Shown: in pieces, positions 51,035-60,351 of the stretch
Layout: each line of letters starts with the position of its first letter
Position numbering within the stretch: position 1 is the stretch's first letter
The notes under the pieces: model-generated
Told to the model about the DNA's origin: nothing
Seen by the model: only the letters and a program-made list of their open reading frames with translations
Databases searched by the model: none
Made by a program: the position numbers and the translations under genes
From: Defluviicoccus sp.
GTDB lineage: Bacteria; Pseudomonadota; Alphaproteobacteria; MPNO01
Length of the DNA stretch: 64,000 nt
Direction of reading: 5' to 3'
Assembly (NCBI GenBank): GCA_022823775.1
Contig: JAJEHI010000086.1
Coordinates: forward strand, 1,309 to 65,308

Positions 51035-52051
51035 CTAGCGCTCGGACGCGTTCGTCTCGCGCTCGCGCTGCAGCGCCTTGAAGGCCTGGAGCTGGCGCGC
51101 GACAATGCCCTTGTAACCCTCCGGCCCCACCCAGCGCACGTTCCAGTCGTTCAGCCCGTCGACCTCGGCGCCTGACTTTCGGGCCTCCTTGAACGCGGCG
51201 GCCTTGTCCACCTTTTCCGGCGTCTTTTCGGGGATGACCTTCTGAAGCGGCGCGAGGAAAGCGTGGTAATCGTTGCCCACCGGGCAGACCGCGAGGCAAC
51301 GGGGGCAGTCCCCGAACGACCCCACGACCCTGAGCAATCCCTGCCAGAACCCGTAGATTTCCCGGTCGGCGATCAGGCGCCGCCTGGTTTCCCCGTCGGA
51401 AACCAGGAAATGCTCCCAGAATTTCAGAATGGTGGTGAACCCGAACTCCTGCGCTTCGGTGGCACAGGCGCGCTTGTCGATGCCGAAATGGCGGACCGCG
51501 TCGGAGGGGCAGGAATAGAGACAGCGGCTGCAGCTCTCGCCGATGCAGACCTGCTCGGTCATCGGCTTGTCGGCCTCGAGCTCGCATTCGGTGAGCACGC
51601 CGGTCAGGTAGACCCTCGGTCCGAACTCGGGCGTCAGGATGTTGACCTCCAGCCCGAACGTGCCGAGCCCCGCCTCGATCCCGAGATGGCGCGTCGACAG
51701 CCGCCCGTAACTCGCCCGCTTGTAGCTCCAGTCGGTCTCCTGCGCCGCGGTGACGAAGCTCGGATGGCCCTCCCGTTCGAGGGCATCGACGAGACGGTAG
51801 GCGATCCTGTCCATCCGCCTCAGCACCAGCATGTCGATGTACTGGACCGGCACGTTCGTTTTGCACCGGAATGCGCCGACCGGAATGCGCTGGGCGATCG
51901 CCACGACGCTCTTCACATGCGGCGAAATCCGCTCGGGCGTCTGCGGGAACAGCGGGTCGGGCGGAAACGCGTTGAGGACGGAGGCGTCCGCGATCCCCAC
52001 CAGGTCCGCGCCGAGATCCTTCGCCAGGGCCTTTACTTCGGTTGCGTCCAT
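51035..52051 (-). CDS. QueG/RdhA-superfamily 4Fe-4S protein (paralogue 2)
   Basis: Internal Met MDATEVKALAKDLGADLVGIADAS..., with a GGGGAG RBS. Same motif set (GLGTFGLEVNILTPEFGPRV, CIGESCSRCLYSCPSD, CPRCLAVCPVGNDY). Clear paralogue of the preceding gene. Confidence 0.6.
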   Translation of the reverse strand: MDATEVKALAKDLGADLVGIADASVLNAFPPDPLFPQTPERISPHVKSVVAIAQRIPVGAFRCKTNVPVQYIDMLVLRRMDRIAYRLVDALEREGHPSFVTAAQETDWSYKRASYGRLSTRHLGIEAGLGTFGLEVNILTPEFGPRVYLTGVLTECELEADKPMTEQVCIGESCSRCLYSCPSDAVRHFGIDKRACATEAQEFGFTTILKFWEHFLVSDGETRRRLIADREIYGFWQGLLRVVGSFGDCPRCLAVCPVGNDYHAFLAPLQKVIPEKTPEKVDKAAAFKEARKSGAEVDGLNDWNVRWVGPEGYKGIVARQLQAFKALQRERETNASER

Positions 52052-52161
52052 CGACTCCCCGCAGGACCGTGAACGGGCGCCAAACTGGCATAGGGGAGAG
52101 TTGCGGGCAAGGCGGGGCGGCGCGCGTTGCCCGGACGCCGGGCGGCGCGTATTTAGGTGCC

Positions 52162-53298
52162 ATGAGTTCCCCGCCAACCCGACCCGTGCCAGGATTCGAG
52201 ACAGGCGATATAGCCGCGGTGGACCGCGCGGCCGGCGATCTTCGCCGCGGTCTGCCGGTGATTCTTGCCGAACCCGGGGACACCGACGGCATCGTCGCGT
52301 TCGCGGCCGAATTCATCTCGGCATCGCGGCTCGACGCGCTGCGCCGGCTGGCGGGGCGGGAACCGGACCTGACGATTACCCATAACCGGGCCGCCACCCT
52401 GAAAATCCGTCTCTACACGCCGGACGTGATCAGGATTCCGGTGCCGGAGTGGCTCTCGATCGAGGGGTTGGCAAGCCTCGCGGATCCGGCGACCGACCTC
52501 GCCCAGCCCCTGCGCGGCCCGTTCGAGGCGCGGCGCGATCCGGTGCCGGCCGGCGTCGTCGCGGCGGTGCGGCTCGCCAAGATCGCGCGACTCCTGCCGG
52601 CGACGGTGACCGCGGAGGTAAGCGACCTCGCCGCCGCGCTCGGAACCGAAAAGGCGGACCTGCTCGGGGTCGGACCGTCCGCGGTCATGTCATACGATGT
52701 CGCCGCCTCGCACCGGCTGGAGCAGGTCACCGCGGCGAAAGTGCCGCTCGAGGGCGCCGAGGGAGCGCGCATTTTCGCCTTCCGCCCGCGGGACGGCGGG
52801 ACCGAGCACTTCGCCATCGCGATCAACGACCCTCCCCCGCCCGGCCCGGTGCTGGCCCGGCTCCATTCGGAGTGCTTCACCGGCGATCTGCTCGGGTCGC
52901 TCAAATGCGATTGCGGGCAACAGCTGCGCGGCGCCATCGAACAAATCTCGTCCGAAGGCGCCGGCATTCTCCTCTACCTCGCCCAGGAAGGCCGCGGCAT
53001 CGGGCTGATCAACAAGCTCCGGGCCTACGCCCTGCAGGACCTCGGCTTCGATACGGTGGAGGCGAACGAACGGCTGGGATTCGACGCGGACGAGCGGGTG
53101 TTCCTGCCCGCCGCCGAGATGCTGCGCCGGCTGGGCTATTCGTCGGTACGGCTGATGACCAACAACCCCGACAAGGTCGAGGCGCTCGCCCGCTTCGGAA
53201 TCGAGGTCGCCGAACGGGTGCCGCACAGCTTCCCTTCCAACGACCACAACGCCTTCTACCTGTCGACGAAGGCGGAGAAGAGCGGGCATCTGTTGTAG
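52162..53298 (+). CDS. ribA: GTP cyclohydrolase II with N-terminal extension
   Basis: C-terminal RibA domain with an intact zinc/catalytic region (ARLHSECFTGDLLGSLKCDCGQQL, RAYALQDLGFDTVEANERLG). Confidence 0.85.
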   Translation: MSSPPTRPVPGFETGDIAAVDRAAGDLRRGLPVILAEPGDTDGIVAFAAEFISASRLDALRRLAGREPDLTITHNRAATLKIRLYTPDVIRIPVPEWLSIEGLASLADPATDLAQPLRGPFEARRDPVPAGVVAAVRLAKIARLLPATVTAEVSDLAAALGTEKADLLGVGPSAVMSYDVAASHRLEQVTAAKVPLEGAEGARIFAFRPRDGGTEHFAIAINDPPPPGPVLARLHSECFTGDLLGSLKCDCGQQLRGAIEQISSEGAGILLYLAQEGRGIGLINKLRAYALQDLGFDTVEANERLGFDADERVFLPAAEMLRRLGYSSVRLMTNNPDKVEALARFGIEVAERVPHSFPSNDHNAFYLSTKAEKSGHLL

Positions 53299-53462
53299 CC
53301 GAGCGATCCTATCGACGAGATCGTCATCGCACGCTGAAAGAAACGCAACGAAATGGCACGGCCACGATTTGTCGCTCTGGACGGCCCGTGCCGGACGCGG
53401 TGCCGCCCCTGTGAGACGTCCATCCGCTTTGACATGCGACATAGGTCGTATTACGGTCGTCG

Positions 53463-53741
53463 ATGATACGAAAGTTCCGGAGTCGGGCACTGCGTCGGTT
53501 CATGGAGCGAGGCGACGAGCGGCGCGTCCACCCGGAGCACCGCGACACCGTGCGCGACATCCTGGTGCGTCTCAACGCGTGTGCGAACCCGGACGATATG
53601 GACTTGCCCGGCTTTCGGCTGCACCGCCTCAGGGGCGAGTATGCCGGATTTTGGGCGGTGACGGTCGGCGCCAACTGGCGGGTGATCTTCCGATTCGAGG
53701 ACGGCCACGCCACCGATGTCGACTATGTGGGCTACCACTAG
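53463..53741 (+). CDS. higB: HigB-type (RelE/ParE superfamily) toxin
   Basis: 92-aa product. [39 protein letters not shown]... matches the 'plasmid maintenance system killer' family. Immediately followed by higA. Confidence 0.75.
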   Translation: MIRKFRSRALRRFMERGDERRVHPEHRDTVRDILVRLNACANPDDMDLPGFRLHRLRGEYAGFWAVTVGANWRVIFRFEDGHATDVDYVGYH

Positions 53742-53754
53742 GAAGGCAACGTTC

Positions 53755-54042
53755 ATGCTTATGCACGATCCGCCCCACCCCGGCGCCTTCATTCGGCGTC
53801 AATGCCTCCAACCCCTCGGGCTGACGGTCACCGACGCCGCGAAGGGGCTGGCGGTTTCGCGCAACACGCTCTCTCTGTTACTCAACGGCCACATTGGCAT
53901 ATCGCCCGAAATGGCGATCCGGCTCTCCGAAGCATTCGGCGGCAGCCCGGAAAGCTGGCTGACCCAGCAGATGCAGTACGATCTCTGGCACACGCGGCAC
54001 AACCGCGAGGCAGTCGAAATCCGCAAGTTCGCCGCTGCCTGA
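53755..54042 (+). CDS. higA: HigA-type HTH (XRE-family) antitoxin
   Basis: [78 protein letters not shown], the canonical HigA sequence. AGGAAGG RBS 8 nt upstream. Confidence 0.8.
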   Translation: MLMHDPPHPGAFIRRQCLQPLGLTVTDAAKGLAVSRNTLSLLLNGHIGISPEMAIRLSEAFGGSPESWLTQQMQYDLWHTRHNREAVEIRKFAAA

Positions 54043-54079
54043 CAGGCGAACTTGCGGGAGTCTGCGGCGGTGACGTTCT

Positions 54080-54868
54080 TCAACGCCCCTTGAACGCGGG
54101 CGGGCGTTTTTCCATGAACGCGGTGCGCCCCTCTGTGTAGTCCTCGCTGGCAAAACAGGCGTCGACGAGTTCCTGGCACGCCGCCAGGTCTCGTTCGCCG
54201 TCCGGCTTCAGCACCTCGTTGACGATCAGCTTCATCCCCTTGACCGTCAACGGAGCGTTGGCGGCGACGGTTCGTGCGTACTCGGTCACGGTTTCGGCGA
54301 GCGTTCCGTCGGGCACGACGCGCTGGACGAGGCCGATCGCATAGGCCTCGTCGGCGGGGATCATGCGGGCGGAAAAGACGATGTCGCGCGCCGCCCCGGG
54401 GCCCACCGCATCGACCAGCCGCTTGAGCCCGCCGAACCCGTAGCCGAGGCCGAGCCTGGCCGCCGGCAGCGCGAAGCGGGACTTCTCCGAACAGAAGCGC
54501 AGATCGCAGCAAAGCGCGAGACCGAGCCCGCCGCCCACGCAGTAACCGTCGATCTCGGCGATGGTGGGTTTGGGAATCGTCGCCACCATCGCGTTGGCGG
54601 AAGCGACCTTCGCGTTGTAGTTCCGGATCCCCTCCTCCGACGACCGCTCGGACTCGAATTTCGAGATATCGGCGCCCGATACGAACGCCCGTCCGCCGGC
54701 GCCGCTCAGCACCACGACACGGACTTCAGGATTATCGGCGAACCCGCGCAGGATTTCTTCCGCGGCCTCCCACATTTCGAGCGAGACCGCGTTCCGGCGC
54801 TCCGGATTGTTGAAGATCATCCGGCCGATACCATCGTCGATCTGGGACAGCATCTTGTCGGTGGCCAT
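54080..54868 (-). CDS. Enoyl-CoA hydratase/isomerase (crotonase) family protein
   Basis: Oxyanion-hole motifs (FVSGADISKF and GYCVGGGLGLAL...D). 262 aa. Confidence 0.85.
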   Translation of the reverse strand: MATDKMLSQIDDGIGRMIFNNPERRNAVSLEMWEAAEEILRGFADNPEVRVVVLSGAGGRAFVSGADISKFESERSSEEGIRNYNAKVASANAMVATIPKPTIAEIDGYCVGGGLGLALCCDLRFCSEKSRFALPAARLGLGYGFGGLKRLVDAVGPGAARDIVFSARMIPADEAYAIGLVQRVVPDGTLAETVTEYARTVAANAPLTVKGMKLIVNEVLKPDGERDLAACQELVDACFASEDYTEGRTAFMEKRPPAFKGR

Positions 54869-54900
54869 GCGTGTCGTCCTTCGTTTGGGTGTGTTTGCGC

Positions 54901-56094
54901 TCAGATCACGCCGCGTTCGCGAAGCCGGGCGATCTCATCCTGGTCGACCCCGATCGAGGCCAGAATTTCCTCCGCGTGCTCGCCCGGCTCCGGCGCCGGC
55001 GACGCGATCCGGCTGGGCGTGCGGCTGAGCTGCATGGGCTGGCGCACCATCCGGGTGCGGCCGAACGGGCGCGTCTCGACCGGCTGGGCGATCTCCAGAT
55101 GCGCGAACTGGGGCTCGTCGAACATCTCGCGGATATCGTTGATCCGCCCCGCCGGCACCCCGGCCTCGTTGAACAGCGCGATCCAGCGGTCGCTCGTGTT
55201 CTTCCGCGTGATGTCCCCGATCAGCGCGTTGAGCGCCCGCCGGTTCTCCGACCGTTTTCGCCCGGTCTCGAAGCGCGGGTCCGCGAGCCACGCTTCGCGG
55301 TCGATCGCGGCGCAGAATCTCCGCCAGATCCGCTGCCCGGAAACGCCGATATTGATGTGGCCGTCGGCGGTCGGGTAGACGCTCGTCGGCATCGAGGTCG
55401 GGTGATCGTTGCCCGCCTGCCCCGGCACCTCGCCGCCGATCAGGTAGCGCGCGGCCTGGAAGTCGAGCATGAACGCCTGCGCCTCGATCAGCGAGGTCGC
55501 GACCCACTGCCCCTCGCCGGACCGCTCCCGCTCGTAGAGCGCAACGAAGATCCCGAGCGCGCAGAACAGGCCCGCGGTGAGGTCCGCGATGGGAATCCCG
55601 GCCCGCATCGGACCCCTTCCCGGCTCTCCGGTGATCGACATGAGCCCGGCCATGCCCTGGGCGATCTGGTCGAACCCGGGCCGGTCGGCGTCGGGCCCGT
55701 CCTGACCGAAGCCGGAGATGCTGCCGAGGACGATGCGGGGATTCACGGCCCGCAGTGCCTCGTAGCCGATACCGAGCCGGTCCTTGACGGCGGGACGGAA
55801 ATTCTCGACCACGACGTCCGCCTGCTCGACCAGCTTTAGGAACAGAGCGCGCCCCTCGTCCGCATTGAGATTGAGCGTTAGCGAGCGCTTGTTGCGGTTG
55901 AGGTTCTGGTAGTCCGCCGTCGCGCGCGCCGCGCCCACCGCCCCGTCGTCCGCGAAGGCGGCGGGCGTTTCGATCCTGATGACGTCAGCCCCCCAATCGG
56001 CCAGCTGCCGGACGCAGGTGGGGCCCGAGCGGACCCGCGTAAGGTCGAGCACGGTGATGTGCTTCAGCGCATCCGAAGCGGGGCGGTGCGGCAT
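54901..56094 (-). CDS. Family III CoA-transferase (CaiB/BaiF)
   Basis: VLDLTRVRSGPTCVRQLADWGADVIRIE... N-terminus and a conserved catalytic Asp region. 397 aa. Confidence 0.85.
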   Translation of the reverse strand: MPHRPASDALKHITVLDLTRVRSGPTCVRQLADWGADVIRIETPAAFADDGAVGAARATADYQNLNRNKRSLTLNLNADEGRALFLKLVEQADVVVENFRPAVKDRLGIGYEALRAVNPRIVLGSISGFGQDGPDADRPGFDQIAQGMAGLMSITGEPGRGPMRAGIPIADLTAGLFCALGIFVALYERERSGEGQWVATSLIEAQAFMLDFQAARYLIGGEVPGQAGNDHPTSMPTSVYPTADGHINIGVSGQRIWRRFCAAIDREAWLADPRFETGRKRSENRRALNALIGDITRKNTSDRWIALFNEAGVPAGRINDIREMFDEPQFAHLEIAQPVETRPFGRTRMVRQPMQLSRTPSRIASPAPEPGEHAEEILASIGVDQDEIARLRERGVI

Positions 56095-56143
56095 GGGCGG
56101 AGACCTCGCGAAAATCCTTCCGGCAGTCTATGGCGCGGGCGCG

Positions 56144-57043
56144 CTAGCCGCCATCGGCGCGTCCGCGATAGACCGAGAGGTAGATGCCCGCCCCGATCAG
56201 CGCCACGCCGACGGCGTGGAACCATGCGAAGACCTCGCCCAGAAACACGATCGCCATGACCACGGTGAAGGCCACGATCAGGTGGATGAAAATTCCCGCC
56301 AGCGACGGCCCGAGATGCCGGATCGAGTAATTCCAGAGATAGATCGCCGCGACCGAGGAAAATACGGCGAGACCTACGATCGCGGCGATCGACGGCAAAC
56401 CGAAAGTCATCGGCCGGTCGACGGCCCACTCGATCAGGTAGAACGGGATCAACAAAAGGGCGCCAAGAAAAAGCACCAGAAACAGCATCACGCGCTGGTC
56501 CAGCGAACGCGGAGCGAGCCTGAGATAGACCGCATAAAGCGCCCAGCTGATATAGGCGAACAGGACCATGATATCGCCGACGTTGAAATCGAGATTGAGG
56601 ATTGCCCGGGGATCGCCGCGCCCGATCAGCGCGAAAACGCCGAGCAGGGAAACGAGTACGCCGGCCAGCTGGTTGGCCGTCACCCGGTCGCGAAAGATCG
56701 CCCAGGCGGCGACGATGATGATCAGCGGCTCGAAGGAGTTCAGAACGCCGACGTTGATGGCGATGGTGTATTGGAGCGACAGGAACAGAACCGCGTTGCC
56801 GCCGACGATGAGAAGAAACGACAGCAGCAGGATGATCCAGAAATGGCGTCTGATGAGATGGATCTGCTGAATCATCGGGCGCCAGGCGAAGGGCAGGACG
56901 ATCAGCGCTCCGAGCATGGTACGCCAGAACGAAAGCCCGAGCGGCGGCACCTCCTCGCGCAAGCCCCGGACAACGACGGTGCTGCCGGCCCAACACAGCA
57001 TCGCCACCGTCACCGCCAGATAGGGCGAGGTCAGGAAGCGCAT
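56144..57043 (-). CDS. DMT-superfamily (EamA) transporter
   Basis: Ten predicted TM helices with two EamA repeats. Start set at the internal Met MRFLTSPYLAV. Confidence 0.7.
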   Translation of the reverse strand: MRFLTSPYLAVTVAMLCWAGSTVVVRGLREEVPPLGLSFWRTMLGALIVLPFAWRPMIQQIHLIRRHFWIILLLSFLLIVGGNAVLFLSLQYTIAINVGVLNSFEPLIIIVAAWAIFRDRVTANQLAGVLVSLLGVFALIGRGDPRAILNLDFNVGDIMVLFAYISWALYAVYLRLAPRSLDQRVMLFLVLFLGALLLIPFYLIEWAVDRPMTFGLPSIAAIVGLAVFSSVAAIYLWNYSIRHLGPSLAGIFIHLIVAFTVVMAIVFLGEVFAWFHAVGVALIGAGIYLSVYRGRADGG

Positions 57044-57239
57044 CGCCAGGCCGCGCTCGTCGGAACCGGCTCGAAGCGGATTGCCTGCCATCGAATTACC
57101 TTGTGTCGCGGAGTTCGGCGCGCGCGCCGCCGGGGCAACCTATGTTGCGAACCCACCGGCGACAAGCGCTCGCCGGGCTTGCCCCGTGGCCGCGCGGGGC
57201 GGAAACTGCCCGCCGGCAAACCGGGTCGGGAGATACGAA

Positions 57240-57644
57240 ATGGCGATCGAACGCGTTCAGTCCGAGAAGGTGTCGGAACCCCCGCCGGAGACATGGTCCA
57301 ACTGTCTCGTCGCGGACGATCGCGTCTTCATCGCCGGGATGACCGCTCGCGGCGCCGATTTCAAGCCGCTCTCCGACATGGACGAGTACGAGCAGGCCAG
57401 GGTTTGCCTGACCAAGATACGGCATCTGATCGAGGCGGCGGGCGGGTCGATGGCCGATATCGTCAGGGTCAATATTTTCGTCACCGACATACGGAACCGC
57501 GAAGAGGTGTGGCGCGCCCGGCGCGAGTTCTTCTCCGGCGATTTTCCGGTGTCCACGCTGGTCGAGGTGAGCGCGCTCGCGGCGCCGGAGATGAACGTGG
57601 AGATCGAGGCGGAAGGCGTGCTGGGCGCTTCGGCGCGCGGTTGA
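57240..57644 (+). CDS. RidA/YjgF-family reactive-intermediate deaminase-like protein
   Basis: 134 aa. Conserved C-terminal region (RVNIFVTDI...EVSALAAPEMNVEIEAEGVL). GGGAG RBS. Confidence 0.8.
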   Translation: MAIERVQSEKVSEPPPETWSNCLVADDRVFIAGMTARGADFKPLSDMDEYEQARVCLTKIRHLIEAAGGSMADIVRVNIFVTDIRNREEVWRARREFFSGDFPVSTLVEVSALAAPEMNVEIEAEGVLGASARG

Positions 57645-57674
57645 CCGCCCCGGACGACGCGGCGGCGCGCAACC

Positions 57675-59009
57675 TCAGCGCATCGGAGCCGCCGCCTCCT
57701 TGAGCGCCGCCAGCTCCTCTTCGGCCCGCCCGGTGTCGTCGAGCCCGGCCTTGCGGTCGATCGGAACGGCCTCCTTGTCATCCGCCGTCGGCAGCTTCCC
57801 GACCGGGTAGACCGCGACCCGTTCGTTGGCGCCCGAGACGTCGCGCCCGAGCGACAGGTCACGCTCGTTGGCGGCGGACGCCGCGACGATCCTGCCGTCC
57901 TCCTTCACGAGGTCGAGCCACCAGCGCTTGACCGGGTTGCGCTTGCCGTAGCCGAGCGCATCGTCGAGCCAGATCAGGAAACGGCGCGAGAACGGCAGCT
58001 TGATCGCCGCCCACATCGCGAGCCGGTGCGCCAGCAGCCCCTCCTTGTTCCACGGGCACATCTTCATGCAGCGCCCGCACGCCGAGCCCTTGAGGTTGGT
58101 CACCCGGTACTTGGTGCACTTCTCGACGTCGGGCTTCCAGATCTCGTAGCCGTTGTAGAGCAGCTTGTCGCCGAACGGGATGGCCTGGGCCGGGCACTCG
58201 CGCGCGCATTTGCGGCATTTGTCGCAGAAATCCTGGAGCCCGAAATCGATCGGCTTGTCGGGAACCAGCGGCAGGTCGGTGGTCACGACGGCGGTCTTGT
58301 GGCGCGGCCCGATGAAGGGGTTGAGGACGAGCTCGCCGATCCGGCTCATCTCGCCCAGCCCGGCAAGCAGCATCAGCGGAATCTGCATCACGTCGCCGTG
58401 GGCGTTGGAGTGCGCCTGGGCCGGGTAGCCGAGGCGGCGGATGTAATCGGCGACGATAGTGGCCGTGGTGGAGCCGTTGAGATATGCGCGATAGCTCTGC
58501 GCGCCGGACACCCAATCGTCGCCGGACGAGGCTTCGAACGTGTCCCAGCCCTGGTCGATCACGATGACGACCGCGAATTTGTGCCGGGTATCGATCGGCG
58601 TACCGTCGCTCTCGTGGGAGAACCATGCGTACTCGGGCACCTCGCACACCCCCACCATGTCGGCGTCGAGGAAATAGCAGAGCGATTTGACGTGTCTGGT
58701 CAGCTCTTCGGGGTCGTCAGGCAGCGGCGCCTTCTCGTCCGCCGGATCGCCCTTGTGGACGGGCACGTGCTTCCAGTGCAGGTGCCCGATCGCCGCGTTG
58801 AGCGGGTTCTTGGTGATGAAGCGCCGGATTTCCCTGGCGGGCTTGGGACCGAGATCGCCGTAGAAGGCACGGACGAAGAAGCCGGCGCGCTTGGGCACCT
58901 GCTTCACGTCGTCGGTGATCAGCGTCGTCGGACGATCGACGCGCCTGATCTTCTCCATCGGATAGCGGCCGAGATGCATCGGCCGCTTCTTGCGTGAAAG
59001 TATCCGCAC
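57675..59009 (-). CDS. Cytoplasmic reductive-dehalogenase-like (RdhA/QueG superfamily) cobalamin/4Fe-4S protein
   Basis: About 440 aa. No Tat signal. Two ferredoxin-type clusters (FCDKCRKCARECPAQAI and CGRCMKMCPWNKEG) preceded by AGLGEMSRIGELVLNPFIGPRHK, the RdhA/QueG core pattern. No rdhB anchor gene nearby. Confidence 0.55.
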   Translation of the reverse strand: MRILSRKKRPMHLGRYPMEKIRRVDRPTTLITDDVKQVPKRAGFFVRAFYGDLGPKPAREIRRFITKNPLNAAIGHLHWKHVPVHKGDPADEKAPLPDDPEELTRHVKSLCYFLDADMVGVCEVPEYAWFSHESDGTPIDTRHKFAVVIVIDQGWDTFEASSGDDWVSGAQSYRAYLNGSTTATIVADYIRRLGYPAQAHSNAHGDVMQIPLMLLAGLGEMSRIGELVLNPFIGPRHKTAVVTTDLPLVPDKPIDFGLQDFCDKCRKCARECPAQAIPFGDKLLYNGYEIWKPDVEKCTKYRVTNLKGSACGRCMKMCPWNKEGLLAHRLAMWAAIKLPFSRRFLIWLDDALGYGKRNPVKRWWLDLVKEDGRIVAASAANERDLSLGRDVSGANERVAVYPVGKLPTADDKEAVPIDRKAGLDDTGRAEEELAALKEAAAPMR

Positions 59010-59093
59010 GCCCGTATCCCCGCGCTGGACGATCCCGCCGACGCCCGGCCGGCGCGAGGACCGGCCGGCCGGGCGCGAACGAAGCGGACCCGG

Positions 59094-60158
59094 CTACTGG
59101 ATGCCGTAGAGCGCCTTGGTGTTGTGATAGAGGATCTTTTCCTTGACCTCCATCGAGTATTCGTTGTCGGCGAGGAAGTCCGGCACGTCCGCCGTCAAAT
59201 CCTCTTCCGTCGGTTCGTGCGGGAAGTCGGACGCGTAGATGATCCGGTCCGACCCCATCGCGTCGATGACGTATTTGAGGCTCTTCTCGCCCATCTCGCA
59301 GGACAGCCAGATGCTCTCCGTGTCGCGGATGATCTCCGAGGGCTTCTTCTTCAACTTCGGGCGGACGGGCGCGCCGAACACCGAATCGTATTCGTAGTCG
59401 AGCCGGTCCATCATGAAGGTGATCCAGGCGCAGCCGCCTTCCAGGAACGCGAACTTGAGATTGGGGAAGGTCTCGAAGACGCCGTTGAACATCATGTCGG
59501 TCATCTGGATCATCAGCGGGACCGGGTGTTCGAGGGTATGGACCTTGAGGAACGGCTTCAGGTTGTCGAGCCCGAAACCCCGGCTTACCGCGCCGTGGAA
59601 GGCGATGGTCATGCCCTGGCGCTCGGCCTCCTCGTAGATCGGCCAATAGCACTCGTCCCCGAAATACTTGCCGTTGACGGTCACCGTCGGGAGCAGCATC
59701 GCACCGAAATTGGTCCGCTCGGTGGCGCAGCGGGCCACTTCCTTCTTCGCGGCCTCGACGTCGTTGTAGGGGATCAGCCCGACGCCCCAGAGCCGGCCGT
59801 CCTTCTTGGTGTAGTGCTCTTCCAGCCAGTTGTTGTAGGCGATCGCGGTGGCGGTCTGGAACTCCTCGCTCTGCATCAGCCCGTAGGCCAGCCCGGACGT
59901 CGGGTAGAGAACGCTGCCCTCGAGCCCGATCTTGTCGAGGATCTCGGCCCAGATATCGGCGTCGGTCGACCAGTACCGCGCGCCTTCGTCGCCCTCCGCG
60001 ACGATCGAGCTCCGCGACCAGCCGTCGAGGCTCGGAAAGATGGTCATGCCTTCGAGGCGGCGGTTGCCCGTCCACTTGCCTTCATAGTGCTGCGCGAGCT
60101 CGCGGTCCGGCTCGAGGACGTGGCCGTCGCCATCGAAGACGGGAATGTCATGTTGCAT
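59094..60158 (-). CDS. Amidohydrolase-2 (ACMSD/LigW-type) metal-dependent decarboxylase family protein
   Basis: N-terminal FDGDGHVLEP (HxH-type metal ligands in the D/HxH context), an internal AFHG, and a C-terminal DFPHE motif typical of PF04909. Confidence 0.75.
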   Translation of the reverse strand: MQHDIPVFDGDGHVLEPDRELAQHYEGKWTGNRRLEGMTIFPSLDGWSRSSIVAEGDEGARYWSTDADIWAEILDKIGLEGSVLYPTSGLAYGLMQSEEFQTATAIAYNNWLEEHYTKKDGRLWGVGLIPYNDVEAAKKEVARCATERTNFGAMLLPTVTVNGKYFGDECYWPIYEEAERQGMTIAFHGAVSRGFGLDNLKPFLKVHTLEHPVPLMIQMTDMMFNGVFETFPNLKFAFLEGGCAWITFMMDRLDYEYDSVFGAPVRPKLKKKPSEIIRDTESIWLSCEMGEKSLKYVIDAMGSDRIIYASDFPHEPTEEDLTADVPDFLADNEYSMEVKEKILYHNTKALYGIQ

Positions 60159-60351
60159 GGCCTGACGCTCCGTTCGGGTTTGGGTGCGTCAAGAGTGAAG
60201 CGGAACGCACGGCGGCTCAAGCCCCGATCGTCCGGGCGAGCAAGAGCGCGCCCCGGATGCCGGGTCGTTGGGGTCTGGACGGTCGACACCTCATGTCCTA
60301 TCTGTTGGGCGGCCCGTTCGGCCGACCTCCTCGCACTTCAAGGGGCCGGAA

